Positions 1 through 10,653 of a stretch of 64,000 nucleotides of DNA are shown one piece after another. A program made the translations under genes and the position numbers. Origin of the DNA: Candidatus Poribacteria bacterium (lineage in GTDB: Bacteria; Poribacteria; WGA-4E; WGA-3G); NCBI GenBank assembly GCA_965205015.1, contig OZ242029.1:2144001-2208000 (forward strand), given 5' to 3'. Under the pieces are notes generated by a model, which had not been told where the DNA came from, did not search any database, and saw nothing but the letters and a program-made list of their open reading frames with translations. How positions within the stretch are numbered: the first letter of the stretch is position 1; the number at the start of each line of letters is the position of its first letter.

Positions 1-10
1 AGGCAGGCAG

Positions 11-985
11 TTACGGGGACAATGTTGGTTGCTGATCTAAAATATATTTAATCGGATTCACCCACCGCTCTTTTGGCATATCATAAATGCCATAGTGAAG
101 GTGTGCACCCGTGCTACGACCGGTATTTCCGACGTAGCCGATAATCTGACCGCGCGCCACTTTTTCCCCAACTTTGAGGCCTTCCGCGTAACCTTCCAAA
201 TGTGCGTATAACGTTTTGAACTTCTCTCCTTCATGGTCAATCTCAACGGTCTCTCCTAAATAGCCGCTCATTCCAACCTTCACAACGCTGCCAGCAGCAG
301 CAGCGATGACAGGAACCCCAGATTGGGTTTTAATATCCAATCCTTGGTGAAACTCGCGTTTCTTCGTCAATGGGTGGGTGCGCCACCCAAACCGAGATGA
401 ATACCAATAAACGTGTTTCTCTCCGCCCTCTTGTTCGAGTTTCACCGGTAGAATCGAAGGATATCCATCAAGCAGTTTTTGATGTTCGCTGATATGGTCA
501 TGGAGCAGCAGAATCTTATGTTTCAGGAGACTGGGCGTTAGCGCTTCCTGTTTTTCGTGTCTATCATTCGAGGTGCCATCCATCGCAGGGACATTTGCCT
601 GCTGTGTATCCGCTGACCCCTCAGTCTCTTCGGGGACCCAAGAGCCGCTACTGTCCCCACCACCTTGACCCAGGATACCTAAAGCCTCCTGAATCTGTTC
701 TACCATCTCGAGGATATCTTTCATCTCCTCATTAACATCAGCGAGTTCCGATTCAGCTTGGTGTTTTGCCTGTGTGAGTTGTTCAATTTGTTGCTCCGTA
801 CTCGCCAGTAATTCCTTTTCAGAACCGGTTCTTTGCTGCTTTTGGGAGAGTCCGTAATTGATCCCACCGATTCCCCCCAGGCATAGGAGCAAGAGGGCAG
901 AAAAGAAAAGCAATATATGTCCTCGGCTGATTGTATGCTGGCGGACTAAGTTCCTACGAGATGACATAACGATAAGCGTATACAT
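11..985 (-). CDS. M23 family metallopeptidase (N-terminal TM and coiled coil)
   Basis: FGWRTHP..HQGLD (HxxxD), YAHL and STGAHLHY motifs. Confidence 0.9.
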   Translation of the reverse strand: MYTLIVMSSRRNLVRQHTISRGHILLFFSALLLLCLGGIGGINYGLSQKQQRTGSEKELLASTEQQIEQLTQAKHQAESELADVNEEMKDILEMVEQIQEALGILGQGGGDSSGSWVPEETEGSADTQQANVPAMDGTSNDRHEKQEALTPSLLKHKILLLHDHISEHQKLLDGYPSILPVKLEQEGGEKHVYWYSSRFGWRTHPLTKKREFHQGLDIKTQSGVPVIAAAAGSVVKVGMSGYLGETVEIDHEGEKFKTLYAHLEGYAEGLKVGEKVARGQIIGYVGNTGRSTGAHLHYGIYDMPKERWVNPIKYILDQQPTLSP

Positions 986-1255
986 CTAATAAATCCTCCT
1001 TTACGCTCTGACGCTTTCATGGTCCCTAAGATAGGCTATATTCTGGACCTTTCTCACTAAAGGCAAGTGGCTCGATTTCTTCAACAACATTAAAAATACC
1101 ACGAAAACGTAACTAAATCAAGTAAAAAACGTTTAAAACACGTCACAGGGGTGTTGTTTGTCCAAAAATGTTACCATGCAAACACATTGTAAAGAGCAAT
1201 CTGACTGAAAAAGCCGATTTCCATAATCAACTGAACTGAATTCCTCTCTCCTATT

Positions 1256-1390
1256 TTACAAGCGGGCAACAATCGCTGGCATTTTCCAGACAAGAACGAT
1301 GATAGCACCCAGTAGAATGAGGTACCACACAATTAAGGCGCGAAGGCGTGTTCTTTTGAAAATGCGAGGGCGAGAGCGTTTCAGTCTCAT
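1256..1390 (-). CDS. Small Arg-rich single-TM protein (44 aa)
   Basis: ATG at 1390 after GGA; MRLKRSRPRIFKRTRLR followed by a hydrophobic helix; co-oriented with neighbours. Confidence 0.45.
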   Translation of the reverse strand: MRLKRSRPRIFKRTRLRALIVWYLILLGAIIVLVWKMPAIVARL

Positions 1391-1479
1391 AATTTGTTCC
1401 TTTTTTTCGTCGTGAAATTCGCGTAAATGCCCAAGATACACCCTGTACTACAGAATTAACCCGTATGGAATTCAGCACC

Positions 1480-2409
1480 TCACCGCTTACTCGCATTTTT
1501 TTTCAAAACACGAATCCCAGAAATGCGGTATTTGAAGACTTCGTCTACGTTAAATTCAAAGTCTTCATATTCAACTTTTTCGCCTTTTTCTGGCAATCGC
1601 CCGAGCAGCATGAGAATAAAACCGCCGATAGTATCACACTGTTCTGTCGGAATTCGGATATTTAACGCCGCATTGACTTCGGAAATTAACACCCGCGCAT
1701 CAATCCGCCACTCGCTCCTGCCGAGTTGCTCCACACGAGGCGTCTCGCGTTTCCGATTTGTCGCTATTTCGCCGACGAACTTTTCCAAAATATCTATTAA
1801 TTCTACAATGCCGACACAACTTCCGTGTTCGTTAACCACTATCGCTATAGGAACCTCGGATTGCCGCAGTTCGTTTAATAAGTCCAAGGCGGACTTCAGC
1901 GCGGGTACATAACGCACCTCCCTTACAAATAGTGCTAAATCATGATCATGTTGCTCGCTTGTGACGATTTCCATGGCATCAACCACTCCGATCAACCAAT
2001 CAACACGCTCGTTATAGACAGGGATGTAACGATAGTTGGAAGCGCGGCAGTACTGCGGAATTTCAGAACATGGCGATCCGACTATCAGCGGAACTATCTC
2101 AGACAAGGGAACCATCACCTCCTGCACCGTCAATGTTTTCAAATTGAAGATTGCCTGTAAGAGGTGTCCTTCGTGTTCGGGAAACGCCTGAATGTTCTCC
2201 TGAATTAACTGCACAAGTTGTCCGGCAGACAATATCGACTTGCGTCCCGATTTCCCGAAGAACCCTTTTTTTTCAGAAGCAATTTGCTGTTGATTATAAA
2301 CAACAAGAGCATTAGATTCCGCCCCTTTTACTTCCGCATCGCCCTGCTTTCTAACAGCAAGCATCTGGCTGTTATTTTCTTCTGAAATGTCTTTGGTAAT
2401 TTCGTCCAT
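1480..2409 (-). CDS. CBS-pair plus CorC_HlyC domain protein (CorC/hemolysin family)
   Basis: TVQEVMVP, YRYIPVY, AIVVNEHGSCVGIVELIDILEKFVGEI, DTIGGFI..LGRLP. Confidence 0.85.
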   Translation of the reverse strand: MDEITKDISEENNSQMLAVRKQGDAEVKGAESNALVVYNQQQIASEKKGFFGKSGRKSILSAGQLVQLIQENIQAFPEHEGHLLQAIFNLKTLTVQEVMVPLSEIVPLIVGSPCSEIPQYCRASNYRYIPVYNERVDWLIGVVDAMEIVTSEQHDHDLALFVREVRYVPALKSALDLLNELRQSEVPIAIVVNEHGSCVGIVELIDILEKFVGEIATNRKRETPRVEQLGRSEWRIDARVLISEVNAALNIRIPTEQCDTIGGFILMLLGRLPEKGEKVEYEDFEFNVDEVFKYRISGIRVLKKNASKR

Positions 2410-2448
2410 AGTGGTGACAATATAGCCCTCCGTCTGTTTGAGGATTCT

Positions 2449-3267
2449 CTATGTTTGCGCAACAAGCGTCAATTCTGTTTTACCATCGAGTCCCGCAACA
2501 ACGGGAAATGTTTTCTCGCTTGGCTTTCCATCTTTCGGCACATACCGGACCTGCGGTGAAAAGTAGGCATACAACGCCGTGTTCCGCGGGTTGGGCGTGG
2601 TGTTTGGTCCGGAACCGTGTACCATTAAACTATGAAAAAATAAACCACTTCCTGCCGAGAGTGGGACATCCATCTGTTGTTCCGCGACCTCCGTCCGATC
2701 CGTGAGTTCTGCACCCTGCTGACGGGCAATATGTCCCCATGACTGCACTCCCCACAGATGGCTTCTTGGAATTACCTTGAAACACCCATTTTCAACTGTA
2801 GCGTCGTTGAGGGCAATACTCACGGTAACAAGGTTCGGAGGCTCCATGGGCCAGTACGCTGAGTCTTGGTGCAACCCGTGCGAAGAGCCATGAAACGCCG
2901 GTTTGAACATCAGTGTGCTTCTAAAGAGCAACAGGTCTATTCCAATGAGTTCTTGGACAACGCTGATGAGCTTCGGATGCTGTGCAAGGTCTCGAAATAC
3001 TTTGGAGTACTGACGCGTATTTTCTGCCTTTCGCAGCACGGGTAAATTGTCCGCTTGTGTTTCATCTTGGGCGAACGGTTCACGCTGCACGTGCCGACGG
3101 GCGACCTCTGCCTGTTCCTTCTCCGCATCAGACTCCTGTCCTGCTGCAAACTGATGCAAACGGTGAATCTCCGTTTGGCACCTTTCCACTTCTGCTGCCG
3201 ATAACAGGTCCTCAACAACGAGATACCCTTCCTTTTCAAAAAACGCTTTTCGCGCCTTCATGTCCAT
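2449..3267 (-). CDS. Phytanoyl-CoA dioxygenase (PhyH) family Fe(II)/2OG oxygenase
   Basis: EKEGYLVVEDLLS, LHQDSAYW, ENGCFKVIPRSH, HGSGPN. Confidence 0.9.
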   Translation of the reverse strand: MDMKARKAFFEKEGYLVVEDLLSAAEVERCQTEIHRLHQFAAGQESDAEKEQAEVARRHVQREPFAQDETQADNLPVLRKAENTRQYSKVFRDLAQHPKLISVVQELIGIDLLLFRSTLMFKPAFHGSSHGLHQDSAYWPMEPPNLVTVSIALNDATVENGCFKVIPRSHLWGVQSWGHIARQQGAELTDRTEVAEQQMDVPLSAGSGLFFHSLMVHGSGPNTTPNPRNTALYAYFSPQVRYVPKDGKPSEKTFPVVAGLDGKTELTLVAQT

Positions 3268-3268
3268 T

Positions 3269-4699
3269 TTATCCTCCGATTAATTGTTTAACTTCCCAGA
3301 TGATACTTGAAATCGCAAATCCGATATAGACACATGAAGCAATTACCATCATGAAAGTAGAAAGCCGTTTCGGTTTTGCGAAATCAGGCAGAAAACGATA
3401 GTTCATGTAAAGGGTAAGCGGCACATAAATCGCCATAGCGAAACCGCCCATATACGCCGCATTAAAGAGAAATCCTAATTCACTGACGTTTAGCTGCTCC
3501 ATAACGAAGGTAATTACACACCCACCGACAATCCAGATACCTGCAATAAGGAGATACCACCAACTTAAACTCCGCTGCTGCGCGCCTCGAAAGTTGGTAT
3601 AGATAATATCAGAAATGGAGCGTGACACACCATCAACCAGCGCAAGTTGCGTCCCAAAAAGCGTCGCAACACCAACGAGTAAGAAGATCCGCTGCCCCGC
3701 TACCCCCCAAATTTCGCCTAATATCCGCGCTTCGTCGTAGATGAGTTTGCCCTGTTCAGGGACAATGCCTTGAGGGTGTAAAACCGCGAGCGCGCCGAAA
3801 ATAAAAAGTAGAATCGTGAACGTGTTGAGTGCCCAAAAAAACAGGATCTGATCTTTTTTTACATATTGCCACCAGGCAGTGAAGCGTTTTCGGTTTTCCG
3901 CCGTCACCTCAAAGAGAAACCCCGTCGCAGGCACCTTTTCGCTCCTACCTCGAAGTGGGTTCTGTAGCCCCGGCAGCTGCGCCCCCATACCAATGTTTTT
4001 ATCCCGTAGATAGAACGTGTAAAAGAGATTTGCTGTGCCGCCCGCCCCTGCGAAAACTAACGCACTAAACAATTTTTTTACCGACATGCCTGGGTCTATA
4101 TATCCAACATTTATCAGACCAGAACCGAGTTTCTGCCATGTTTCCATTGAACCCACAGCGATGGCAACTAAGATCAACCCAACTGTTACAATGGCGACGA
4201 GCACCTCAACCGTCCGTTCAACGGACTGGTAAATCATCTTCGGTCCGAAGAGGATGACCGCCACCCCAGCAAACGTCACTATTGTCCAGAAGGTATCAGA
4301 ACCCCAGCCACCAGGTCCAAGCACGAGTGCTTTGAGCGCGAGTCCTGATGTCCGTGCCCATCCTGGGGCTATCCACCCCACCAAAGTCAGCAGAATGAAC
4401 AATGGCGCAAAACCTCGCCAGATGCGATTGTACCCCGTATACACCGTCTCGCCTGTAGCGATCGTCCAGCGGCCCACTTCAAAGTTTATCCAGAGTTGAA
4501 GGAATACGCCCAGCACCGCTGCCCAGATCATACTCCCGCCATACTCAGCAGCGATTAGAGGCCAGATCACACTCTCACCCGCACCAATAGACAGACCAAC
4601 TAAGATAGCACCGGGACCCGCAATTTTCCAAAAAGGTAACTGTTTCTCTGGCAATTCGACGATCCTGAAATCGTCGAGCGGTTGATAAATCTTAGACAT
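3269..4699 (-). CDS. Nramp/YjiH-like (APC superfamily) membrane transporter
   Basis: GPGAILVGLSIGAGE motif, RWTIATGE, about 11 TM segments. Confidence 0.75.
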   Translation of the reverse strand: MSKIYQPLDDFRIVELPEKQLPFWKIAGPGAILVGLSIGAGESVIWPLIAAEYGGSMIWAAVLGVFLQLWINFEVGRWTIATGETVYTGYNRIWRGFAPLFILLTLVGWIAPGWARTSGLALKALVLGPGGWGSDTFWTIVTFAGVAVILFGPKMIYQSVERTVEVLVAIVTVGLILVAIAVGSMETWQKLGSGLINVGYIDPGMSVKKLFSALVFAGAGGTANLFYTFYLRDKNIGMGAQLPGLQNPLRGRSEKVPATGFLFEVTAENRKRFTAWWQYVKKDQILFFWALNTFTILLFIFGALAVLHPQGIVPEQGKLIYDEARILGEIWGVAGQRIFLLVGVATLFGTQLALVDGVSRSISDIIYTNFRGAQQRSLSWWYLLIAGIWIVGGCVITFVMEQLNVSELGFLFNAAYMGGFAMAIYVPLTLYMNYRFLPDFAKPKRLSTFMMVIASCVYIGFAISSIIWEVKQLIGG

Positions 4700-4730
4700 T
4701 TTTTAATCTTCCCTTGCGACGTATTGTCCC

Positions 4731-4756
4731 GCAGGTTTCCTCTATAGGAAACCTGT
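4731..4756. repeat. Intergenic inverted repeat
   Basis: gcaggtttcct-ctat-aggaaacctgt. Confidence 0.6.
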
Positions 4757-4790
4757 GCGCAGTGCGTTTCCTGCTTAGTGTGTCTTTCTC

Positions 4791-7757
4791 CTATCCGTCC
4801 TCCATTACCGCCTCACGTAAGATTTCAACCGGATGCTTCGGTTGCACGCCTGTGCCATGCTCCAACTGGTGTCTACAGGAGAAACCAGCAGCACTTAGCG
4901 CGAAACTATCCGGAGATTTCTCGCGGACAGCCTCAAAGAGTCTCAATTCACCGATTTTCATGGAGAGGTCATAGTGTGCCTTCTCGTATCCGAACGCACC
5001 CGCCATGCCGCAACAACTCGAATCAATCACGCTGACATTGTGTTCCGATGGCAAACTTAACATCTTCACGGTCGGCTGGATACCGACGAGTGCTCGCTGA
5101 TGGCAATGTCCGTGCAACAAGATGTCACGCGATTCTGTCGTGAATTCCAAAGGCAATTCACCCTTATCAGCAAGTTGGGCAAAAAATTCCTCAAACGAAC
5201 AGGTCGCCTCAGCAACACGTTTCGCGTCGGGTGTCCCGATCAACTCAACGTAATCATCAGTGATAGCAGAAGTACAACTCGGTTCGCACCCAACAATTGG
5301 AATGCCTGCGTTCGCATAATCGCGAAGTGCATCAATATTGTAACTCGCATTTGCAACGGCTCGGTCCAGCATTCCCTCGGAGATAAGGGGGCGTCCACAA
5401 CACCTTTTTTTCGGCAGTAGCACCTCGAATCCGCACGCTTCAAGCAACGCCACCGCAGCTTTGCCGATAGAGGGTTCGCTGTAGTTCATAAAGGTATCGG
5501 AAAAGAGAACCACCTTTTTGTCCGATGTCCGTCGGGATTTTCGTTTTCGGAACCACTGTTCATAGGTAGGACGTACGAAGGTCGGCATATCGCGGCGCCG
5601 ATCGACGCCAATGAGTTTCTCAGCAACCCATTTGGAAAGTCCGTTGTTGACTGCCCAGTTAGAGAAGGGTGAGAACATCGATCCTAAAGGCGCGAACGCC
5701 CCGATTTCACCGAACAACCGACGGTGTAAAGGTAAGCCGTTTGCTTTGTGATAGTGCGCAAGGACTTCATACTTAATCTTCGCCATATCTACATTCGATG
5801 GACACTCTGCCTTGCACGCTTTACATCCCAAGCATAAGTCTAACACTTCTTGGAGCCGTTCCCCTGTGAGTTCCGTATGTGGCAACGCCCCTGAAATAAT
5901 GGATCGGAGCGCATTTGCACGGCCACGTGTCGAGTGCTCCTCTTCACGTGTACCAATAAAGGAGGGACACATCGTGCCAGTTAGGGTCTTCCGACACGCA
6001 CCGACGCCGTTGCACATTTCAATTGCCCTACCAAATCCGTCTTGACTGGAAAAATCGAAGTAAGTATCAATCTTGATGGTGTTGTAGTCTGTACCGAAGC
6101 GGAGGTTCTCTGTCATCGGTGGTGCATCAACAATTTTACCCGGATTCATAATCCCGTTCGGATCAAACGCTTTTTTCACTGCAGTGAGGGCTTGATATAT
6201 ATCTCGACCGAACATGCTCTCTATCCATTCGCTGCGGACGAGACCATCGCCGTGTTCACCGCTCATCGCACCGTCTAATTCCATGAGCAGATCTCGAACC
6301 TCGCGGGCAATGTCGTGCATCTTCTGAATATCGGTTTCGGATTTGAGATTCACAATGGGACGGTTGTGCAATAACCCAACGCTCGCATGCGCGTAGTAGG
6401 CAGCAGTGGTATCGTGTGATGTAACAATCTCATCGAATCGGCGGACATATTCCGGTAAATTCTCTATCGGTACTGCGGCATCTTCGACGAAACCAACCGG
6501 TTTAGCATCACCCTTCATACCCATTAACAAGCCAAGTCCTGCTTTCCGAGTTTCCCAGACACGGGACTTCTCCTCAGCGGTGAAACAGCGTACGAATGCA
6601 TAACCGAAACCAGTACTTTTCAACGTCTTTTCAAGTCTATCTAACTGCGACTCCAATTCCGCTTGAGTCTCACCGTAAAATTCAACAGCAAGCAATGCAG
6701 CAGGTTCGCCTTGTATAAAAGTGGTAAGCCGCGAAAATTCCAATGAGCCCCGCGCCATATCAAGGATTGTCTTATCTATAAGTTCCACGGCAGTCGGGTT
6801 ACATTCCAAGATCGGTTGCATCGCCTCCATAGAACCAACAAGTGAGTCGAAATGTACAACACACAGAGCCGTCAATTTAGGAAGCGGCACGAGGTTTATT
6901 GTCGCCTCAATTGTCGTTGCGAGTGTCCCTTCAGAGCCGACAAGGATTTTCGTCAAACTAAACGGATGATCTTCGTCACAACCATCGCGACGGTAAGGCG
7001 TAACCTCTTTTGAACCGGCATTTGGGACAAACTCATCAAGGTTATAACCCGCAACGCGACGCAAGATACGAGGATAACGTTTACGAATCTCTGCTTCATT
7101 GTCCGCACACACTCGGCAAAGTTCACGATAAATGTTTGCCTCTAATGTGTTTGCCTGTTTTTTCGTCTCTAATTCTGCAATGGAAATAGGGGAGGCTGTG
7201 GTTTCATCAGCGTTGGAAAGCACTAAATCAAGCGACATGACGTGATCAATGGTTTTACCATAGATGAGAGAATGCGAACCCGCGGAATTGTTTCCAATCG
7301 TGCCACCGACGTTCGCTCGACTGCTCGTGGCAACATCCGGCGCATACATCAAGCCGTGAGGTTTTAACTGATGGTTCAATTCGTCTAAAACAATGCCGGG
7401 TTGCACGCGCGCCCAACGCTCGGCGACATTTACCTCAAGGAGTTGGTTCATGTATTTGGACATGTCCAATACGATTGCCTCACCGACACTCTGCCCAGCC
7501 AGACTCGTGCCGCCACCGCGCGGAAGGATCGGAACATTGCGTTCTGCCGCGATTTGCACAGTCTTAATAACATCTTGGCTATCTTTCGGGATTACAACAC
7601 CTATCGGCTGTATTTGGTAGAGGCTCGCGTCTGTGCTGTAGAGTGCCTTAGAATACAAATCAAATCGTACCTCCCCTGCAAGCGTATTGGATAATTGTTG
7701 TTCAAGAGTTTCCGATATAGAAGGGTCCATATTTGCTATCCAAAAAACTGTAGACAT
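4791..7757 (-). CDS. FAD-binding and (Fe-S)-binding oxidoreductase (GlcD/GlpC fusion, YdiJ-like); start may be 7730
   Basis: PRGGGTSLAGQ, GSEGTL, SGEHGDG, CxxCxxC ferredoxin motifs, two CCG domains. Confidence 0.9.
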   Translation of the reverse strand: MSTVFWIANMDPSISETLEQQLSNTLAGEVRFDLYSKALYSTDASLYQIQPIGVVIPKDSQDVIKTVQIAAERNVPILPRGGGTSLAGQSVGEAIVLDMSKYMNQLLEVNVAERWARVQPGIVLDELNHQLKPHGLMYAPDVATSSRANVGGTIGNNSAGSHSLIYGKTIDHVMSLDLVLSNADETTASPISIAELETKKQANTLEANIYRELCRVCADNEAEIRKRYPRILRRVAGYNLDEFVPNAGSKEVTPYRRDGCDEDHPFSLTKILVGSEGTLATTIEATINLVPLPKLTALCVVHFDSLVGSMEAMQPILECNPTAVELIDKTILDMARGSLEFSRLTTFIQGEPAALLAVEFYGETQAELESQLDRLEKTLKSTGFGYAFVRCFTAEEKSRVWETRKAGLGLLMGMKGDAKPVGFVEDAAVPIENLPEYVRRFDEIVTSHDTTAAYYAHASVGLLHNRPIVNLKSETDIQKMHDIAREVRDLLMELDGAMSGEHGDGLVRSEWIESMFGRDIYQALTAVKKAFDPNGIMNPGKIVDAPPMTENLRFGTDYNTIKIDTYFDFSSQDGFGRAIEMCNGVGACRKTLTGTMCPSFIGTREEEHSTRGRANALRSIISGALPHTELTGERLQEVLDLCLGCKACKAECPSNVDMAKIKYEVLAHYHKANGLPLHRRLFGEIGAFAPLGSMFSPFSNWAVNNGLSKWVAEKLIGVDRRRDMPTFVRPTYEQWFRKRKSRRTSDKKVVLFSDTFMNYSEPSIGKAAVALLEACGFEVLLPKKRCCGRPLISEGMLDRAVANASYNIDALRDYANAGIPIVGCEPSCTSAITDDYVELIGTPDAKRVAEATCSFEEFFAQLADKGELPLEFTTESRDILLHGHCHQRALVGIQPTVKMLSLPSEHNVSVIDSSCCGMAGAFGYEKAHYDLSMKIGELRLFEAVREKSPDSFALSAAGFSCRHQLEHGTGVQPKHPVEILREAVMEDG

Positions 7758-7808
7758 CGCGAGAGGTAATCGCGACCGTTATTTTTTATCCTCCCAAAAA
7801 CAAAAAAT

Positions 7809-7837
7809 TTGACATTGCCACCCAAGTAAAGTATAAT
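7809..7837 (+). promoter_or_regulatory. Sigma70 promoter of tRNA-Leu
   Basis: TTGACA-17 bp-TATAAT, perfect consensus. Confidence 0.85.
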
Positions 7838-7849
7838 TAACCATACAAC

Positions 7850-7933
7850 GCCCCTGTGGTGGAATTTGGTATACACAGCAGGTTGAGGGCCTGTGCCTTA
7901 ATTGGCATACTGGTTCGAGTCCAGTCGGGGGCA
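7850..7933 (+). tRNA. tRNA-Leu(GAG)
   Basis: Acceptor gcccctg/cgggggc, anticodon arm gcagg-ttGAGgg-cctgt, long variable arm, GGTTCGAGTCC; CCA not encoded. Confidence 0.95.
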
Positions 7934-7975
7934 TCTTCCCTTTCTTTGATTCCAGATTTATATTTCACCGCTAAC

Positions 7976-9127
7976 TTACGAAACCCCCTCGAGCAACTCC
8001 TGATATACCTGATACGTCTGTTCCGCAATCGTCTCCCATGTAAAATCCTTAACGCGGTTAAGTCCACTTTCAATTAAATCGTTCCGTAAACTGACATCGT
8101 GTGCGATGCGATGTATCTGTTCTGCCAAAGCCTCCATATCGGCTTCAGGGAAGATAAGTCCCGCGCTATCAATCACGTGCGGAATTTCGCCAGAATCTGA
8201 ACCGATAACCGGCACTTCGCATGCCATTCCTTCAATAAGCACCCTACCGAAGAATTCTACCCATCTGGGTGTTGTCCGAGAGGGGAGCACCAGTGTATCC
8301 ATACAATTAATATAGGCGGCTACCTCTTCAGGAGGCACTGCGTCTATCCACACAATATGTCCAGAGATTCCAAGGGTTTCGGCAGTTTTTTGAAAGCCCG
8401 GTTTATCTTCACCTTGCCCGACGATTAGAAGTTTATAGGTGCGCGTCGTATCTTGGTTTACAAGGTGCGCTACAGCCTCAAGAAGCGTGTCTACTCCCTT
8501 CATCTGAAGCAATCTACCGACGTAACCAACAACAAAACAGTCGTTGAGCTGCAATGAAGCCTTCAACTTGCTGACATCCATTTTATAGAAATGCCGCACA
8601 TCAACACCGTTCGGAAACGGGGTTTGCTGTCCGGTGTAACCGCGTTGCGTTAGGATTTTGCCAGCGTTCACACTCAGCGGAAAAGCGCTATCGGTTTCTC
8701 GAAAGACCCGGCGTTCGATCCATACAGGTAAAAAGCCGAACCGCTGTTTAGTCGGTATACTCAGCGATGTACGAAAAATAAAACGACTGTTTGGACAATA
8801 TTTACGTTTCAACCGAACTGTCTGTAGGGCATTCAGACTCCAAGCCTCCTCTTCTAAGTGGATAATATCCGGTTGAAAATCTCGGAAGTGGGGCTTCATA
8901 CCCTGGCGATAGTAAAAACGACTGCCGTATCCCGAGAATCGAATTGGACATGGAAATTCTTCACACGGCGCGTCCGACTCCGGTTCGAAAACAATATCTT
9001 GGAAACTTTCATACCAACGGGCGGGAACCACAACCCGTAATGTGACATCCGGACGTTCTGCGATGAGAGCGAACTTTCGTCGGTACGGCTTCATGATATA
9101 GGAATGAGAAAGGACTAAGACACGCAC
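7976..9127 (-). CDS. Glycosyltransferase family 4
   Basis: PNGVD, VGRL..KG, EFFGRVLIEGMACEVPVIGSDSG. Confidence 0.92.
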   Translation of the reverse strand: MRVLVLSHSYIMKPYRRKFALIAERPDVTLRVVVPARWYESFQDIVFEPESDAPCEEFPCPIRFSGYGSRFYYRQGMKPHFRDFQPDIIHLEEEAWSLNALQTVRLKRKYCPNSRFIFRTSLSIPTKQRFGFLPVWIERRVFRETDSAFPLSVNAGKILTQRGYTGQQTPFPNGVDVRHFYKMDVSKLKASLQLNDCFVVGYVGRLLQMKGVDTLLEAVAHLVNQDTTRTYKLLIVGQGEDKPGFQKTAETLGISGHIVWIDAVPPEEVAAYINCMDTLVLPSRTTPRWVEFFGRVLIEGMACEVPVIGSDSGEIPHVIDSAGLIFPEADMEALAEQIHRIAHDVSLRNDLIESGLNRVKDFTWETIAEQTYQVYQELLEGVS

Positions 9128-9139
9128 GAGTTTAGGTCC

Positions 9140-9541
9140 CTAAACACTCCCAAAGATTCTCGGGCTCGCTGACTCCTCAACTTCAGAGGCGTCCGCGTCC
9201 GATTCATCGGTGTCTACCTCAAACGTGATTTCATCGTTGATATCTACTGAGCTTTCATCTGAAGCAACGAGGACATCCATCAACCCCTCGAGTCTTTCTC
9301 GGATCTCTGATCGTTCATCTGAAACCGCTGTACGCTCTGAGTCAAGTTCCTCCTGAAGATTGCTATTACGATCTTCAAGGTTTTGAATCCGTGCGTCGCG
9401 TTGCAGTAAATCACTGTTGAGCCGGGCAATTTCAGCCTCAAGTTCTAACTTTTCTGCTCTCAAGTCCTGAACGGTTGAAATCGCGAGTTCAACACGTTCC
9501 TCCAGCAGTGCTACAATACTTTGTTCTAATGCATCAGACAT
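9140..9541 (-). CDS. ZapB-like coiled-coil protein with acidic tail
   Basis: LLEERVELAISTVQDLRAEK...ERSEIRERLEGLM resembles ZapB. Confidence 0.55.
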   Translation of the reverse strand: MSDALEQSIVALLEERVELAISTVQDLRAEKLELEAEIARLNSDLLQRDARIQNLEDRNSNLQEELDSERTAVSDERSEIRERLEGLMDVLVASDESSVDINDEITFEVDTDESDADASEVEESASPRIFGSV

Positions 9542-9564
9542 ATTAATCCTCCAAAGTGGTATGT

Positions 9565-10488
9565 TTATTCATTCGCGGCGGATTTGCGATTCTCCACCGC
9601 AGCAGTAAAACTTGTTTCGATTAGTGATAAATGCTCAGCATTCGCCCAATCTGGACATTCATGGACATAGTGAAAAAGGTACTGTTGCGCGTACCCCACA
9701 CTATCCCCGAAATAGATGTGTGCAAACTCGCGTATCTCATGATACGTAGCACGTCGGCGCAGATAAAGTGTCTCAAAGATTCGTTTTATCCAAACATCAA
9801 TCGGTAGGGCTGCAAGATGCCCAAGCGAAAATAAACAGATACAATCGGCGACTTTCTCACCTATACCGTTTCGGCGCATTAACTCACGCTTTGCCTGAGG
9901 ATACGACATTTCCTTCACCGTCGTGAGCGCAAGCTCACCACTCACAACTGCTGCCGCGGCCCCTTGAAGATAGCTCGCCCGGTAACCGACACCACACGCG
10001 AGAAGTTCGGCCTCTGTGGTCGCTGCGAGAACTTCTGGGCTTGGAAAACTATAATCCACGTAACTCGCAAACGTCAACCGTTCACCAAAACGCTCAGAGA
10101 GTCGCCGGATGATCCCACGAATCCGAGATACATTGTTGTTCTGAGATAGAATGAACGATGCCACCGTTTCCCAGAGTTCTTGGTTAAGAATGCGCATCCC
10201 CCAAAGTTTCTCAAGGGTCCGATGCATATACGCATCGTTGTCAACTTCAGCGAGGATCTTTGGAACATCGCGATCAAGATCAAGATAGTGTCGGAGAAAT
10301 GGGACGAAGGTAGTCTTATCCTCGGTGGTAGAACTTTCCACATGCAAGGTAGTTCCTACTTGACAAATTTTGAGGATGCGTCCCTCCACGACACCGTAAT
10401 AAGCATCATCTATTCGATTCCATCGAAACGACTGTCCGGATTCTAAGGTATATTTTAAACTAAAATCTGTTGCATCCCGAATTTGCAT
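9565..10488 (-). CDS. 8-oxoguanine DNA glycosylase/AP lyase (OGG1-type, HhH-GPD)
   Basis: TLESGQSFRW, SQNNNVSRI, GIGEKVADC, PIDVW, GYAQQYLF. Confidence 0.9.
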   Translation of the reverse strand: MQIRDATDFSLKYTLESGQSFRWNRIDDAYYGVVEGRILKICQVGTTLHVESSTTEDKTTFVPFLRHYLDLDRDVPKILAEVDNDAYMHRTLEKLWGMRILNQELWETVASFILSQNNNVSRIRGIIRRLSERFGERLTFASYVDYSFPSPEVLAATTEAELLACGVGYRASYLQGAAAAVVSGELALTTVKEMSYPQAKRELMRRNGIGEKVADCICLFSLGHLAALPIDVWIKRIFETLYLRRRATYHEIREFAHIYFGDSVGYAQQYLFHYVHECPDWANAEHLSLIETSFTAAVENRKSAANE

Positions 10489-10624
10489 TGTGTGTCTTGT
10501 TGAGTTTTGATACGCACTCGTAAGCAACGCCCTTGATATTTGCTAATTAGTATATAGCAAATTGCAAAAATTAGCAAATTTTTATTCTGAATCCCAAAAT
10601 CCACCTCATTTCCAGCGACCTGAT

Positions 10625-10653
10625 TTGACATTTCGCCTGTTTAGGAGTATAAT
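10625..10653 (+). promoter_or_regulatory. Sigma70 promoter
   Basis: TTGACA-17 bp-TATAAT upstream of the PPIase gene. Confidence 0.8.

Noticed and set aside
7850-7980. tRNA-Leu as an island integration site
   Set aside because: No integrase and no duplicated tRNA 3' end seen in the window
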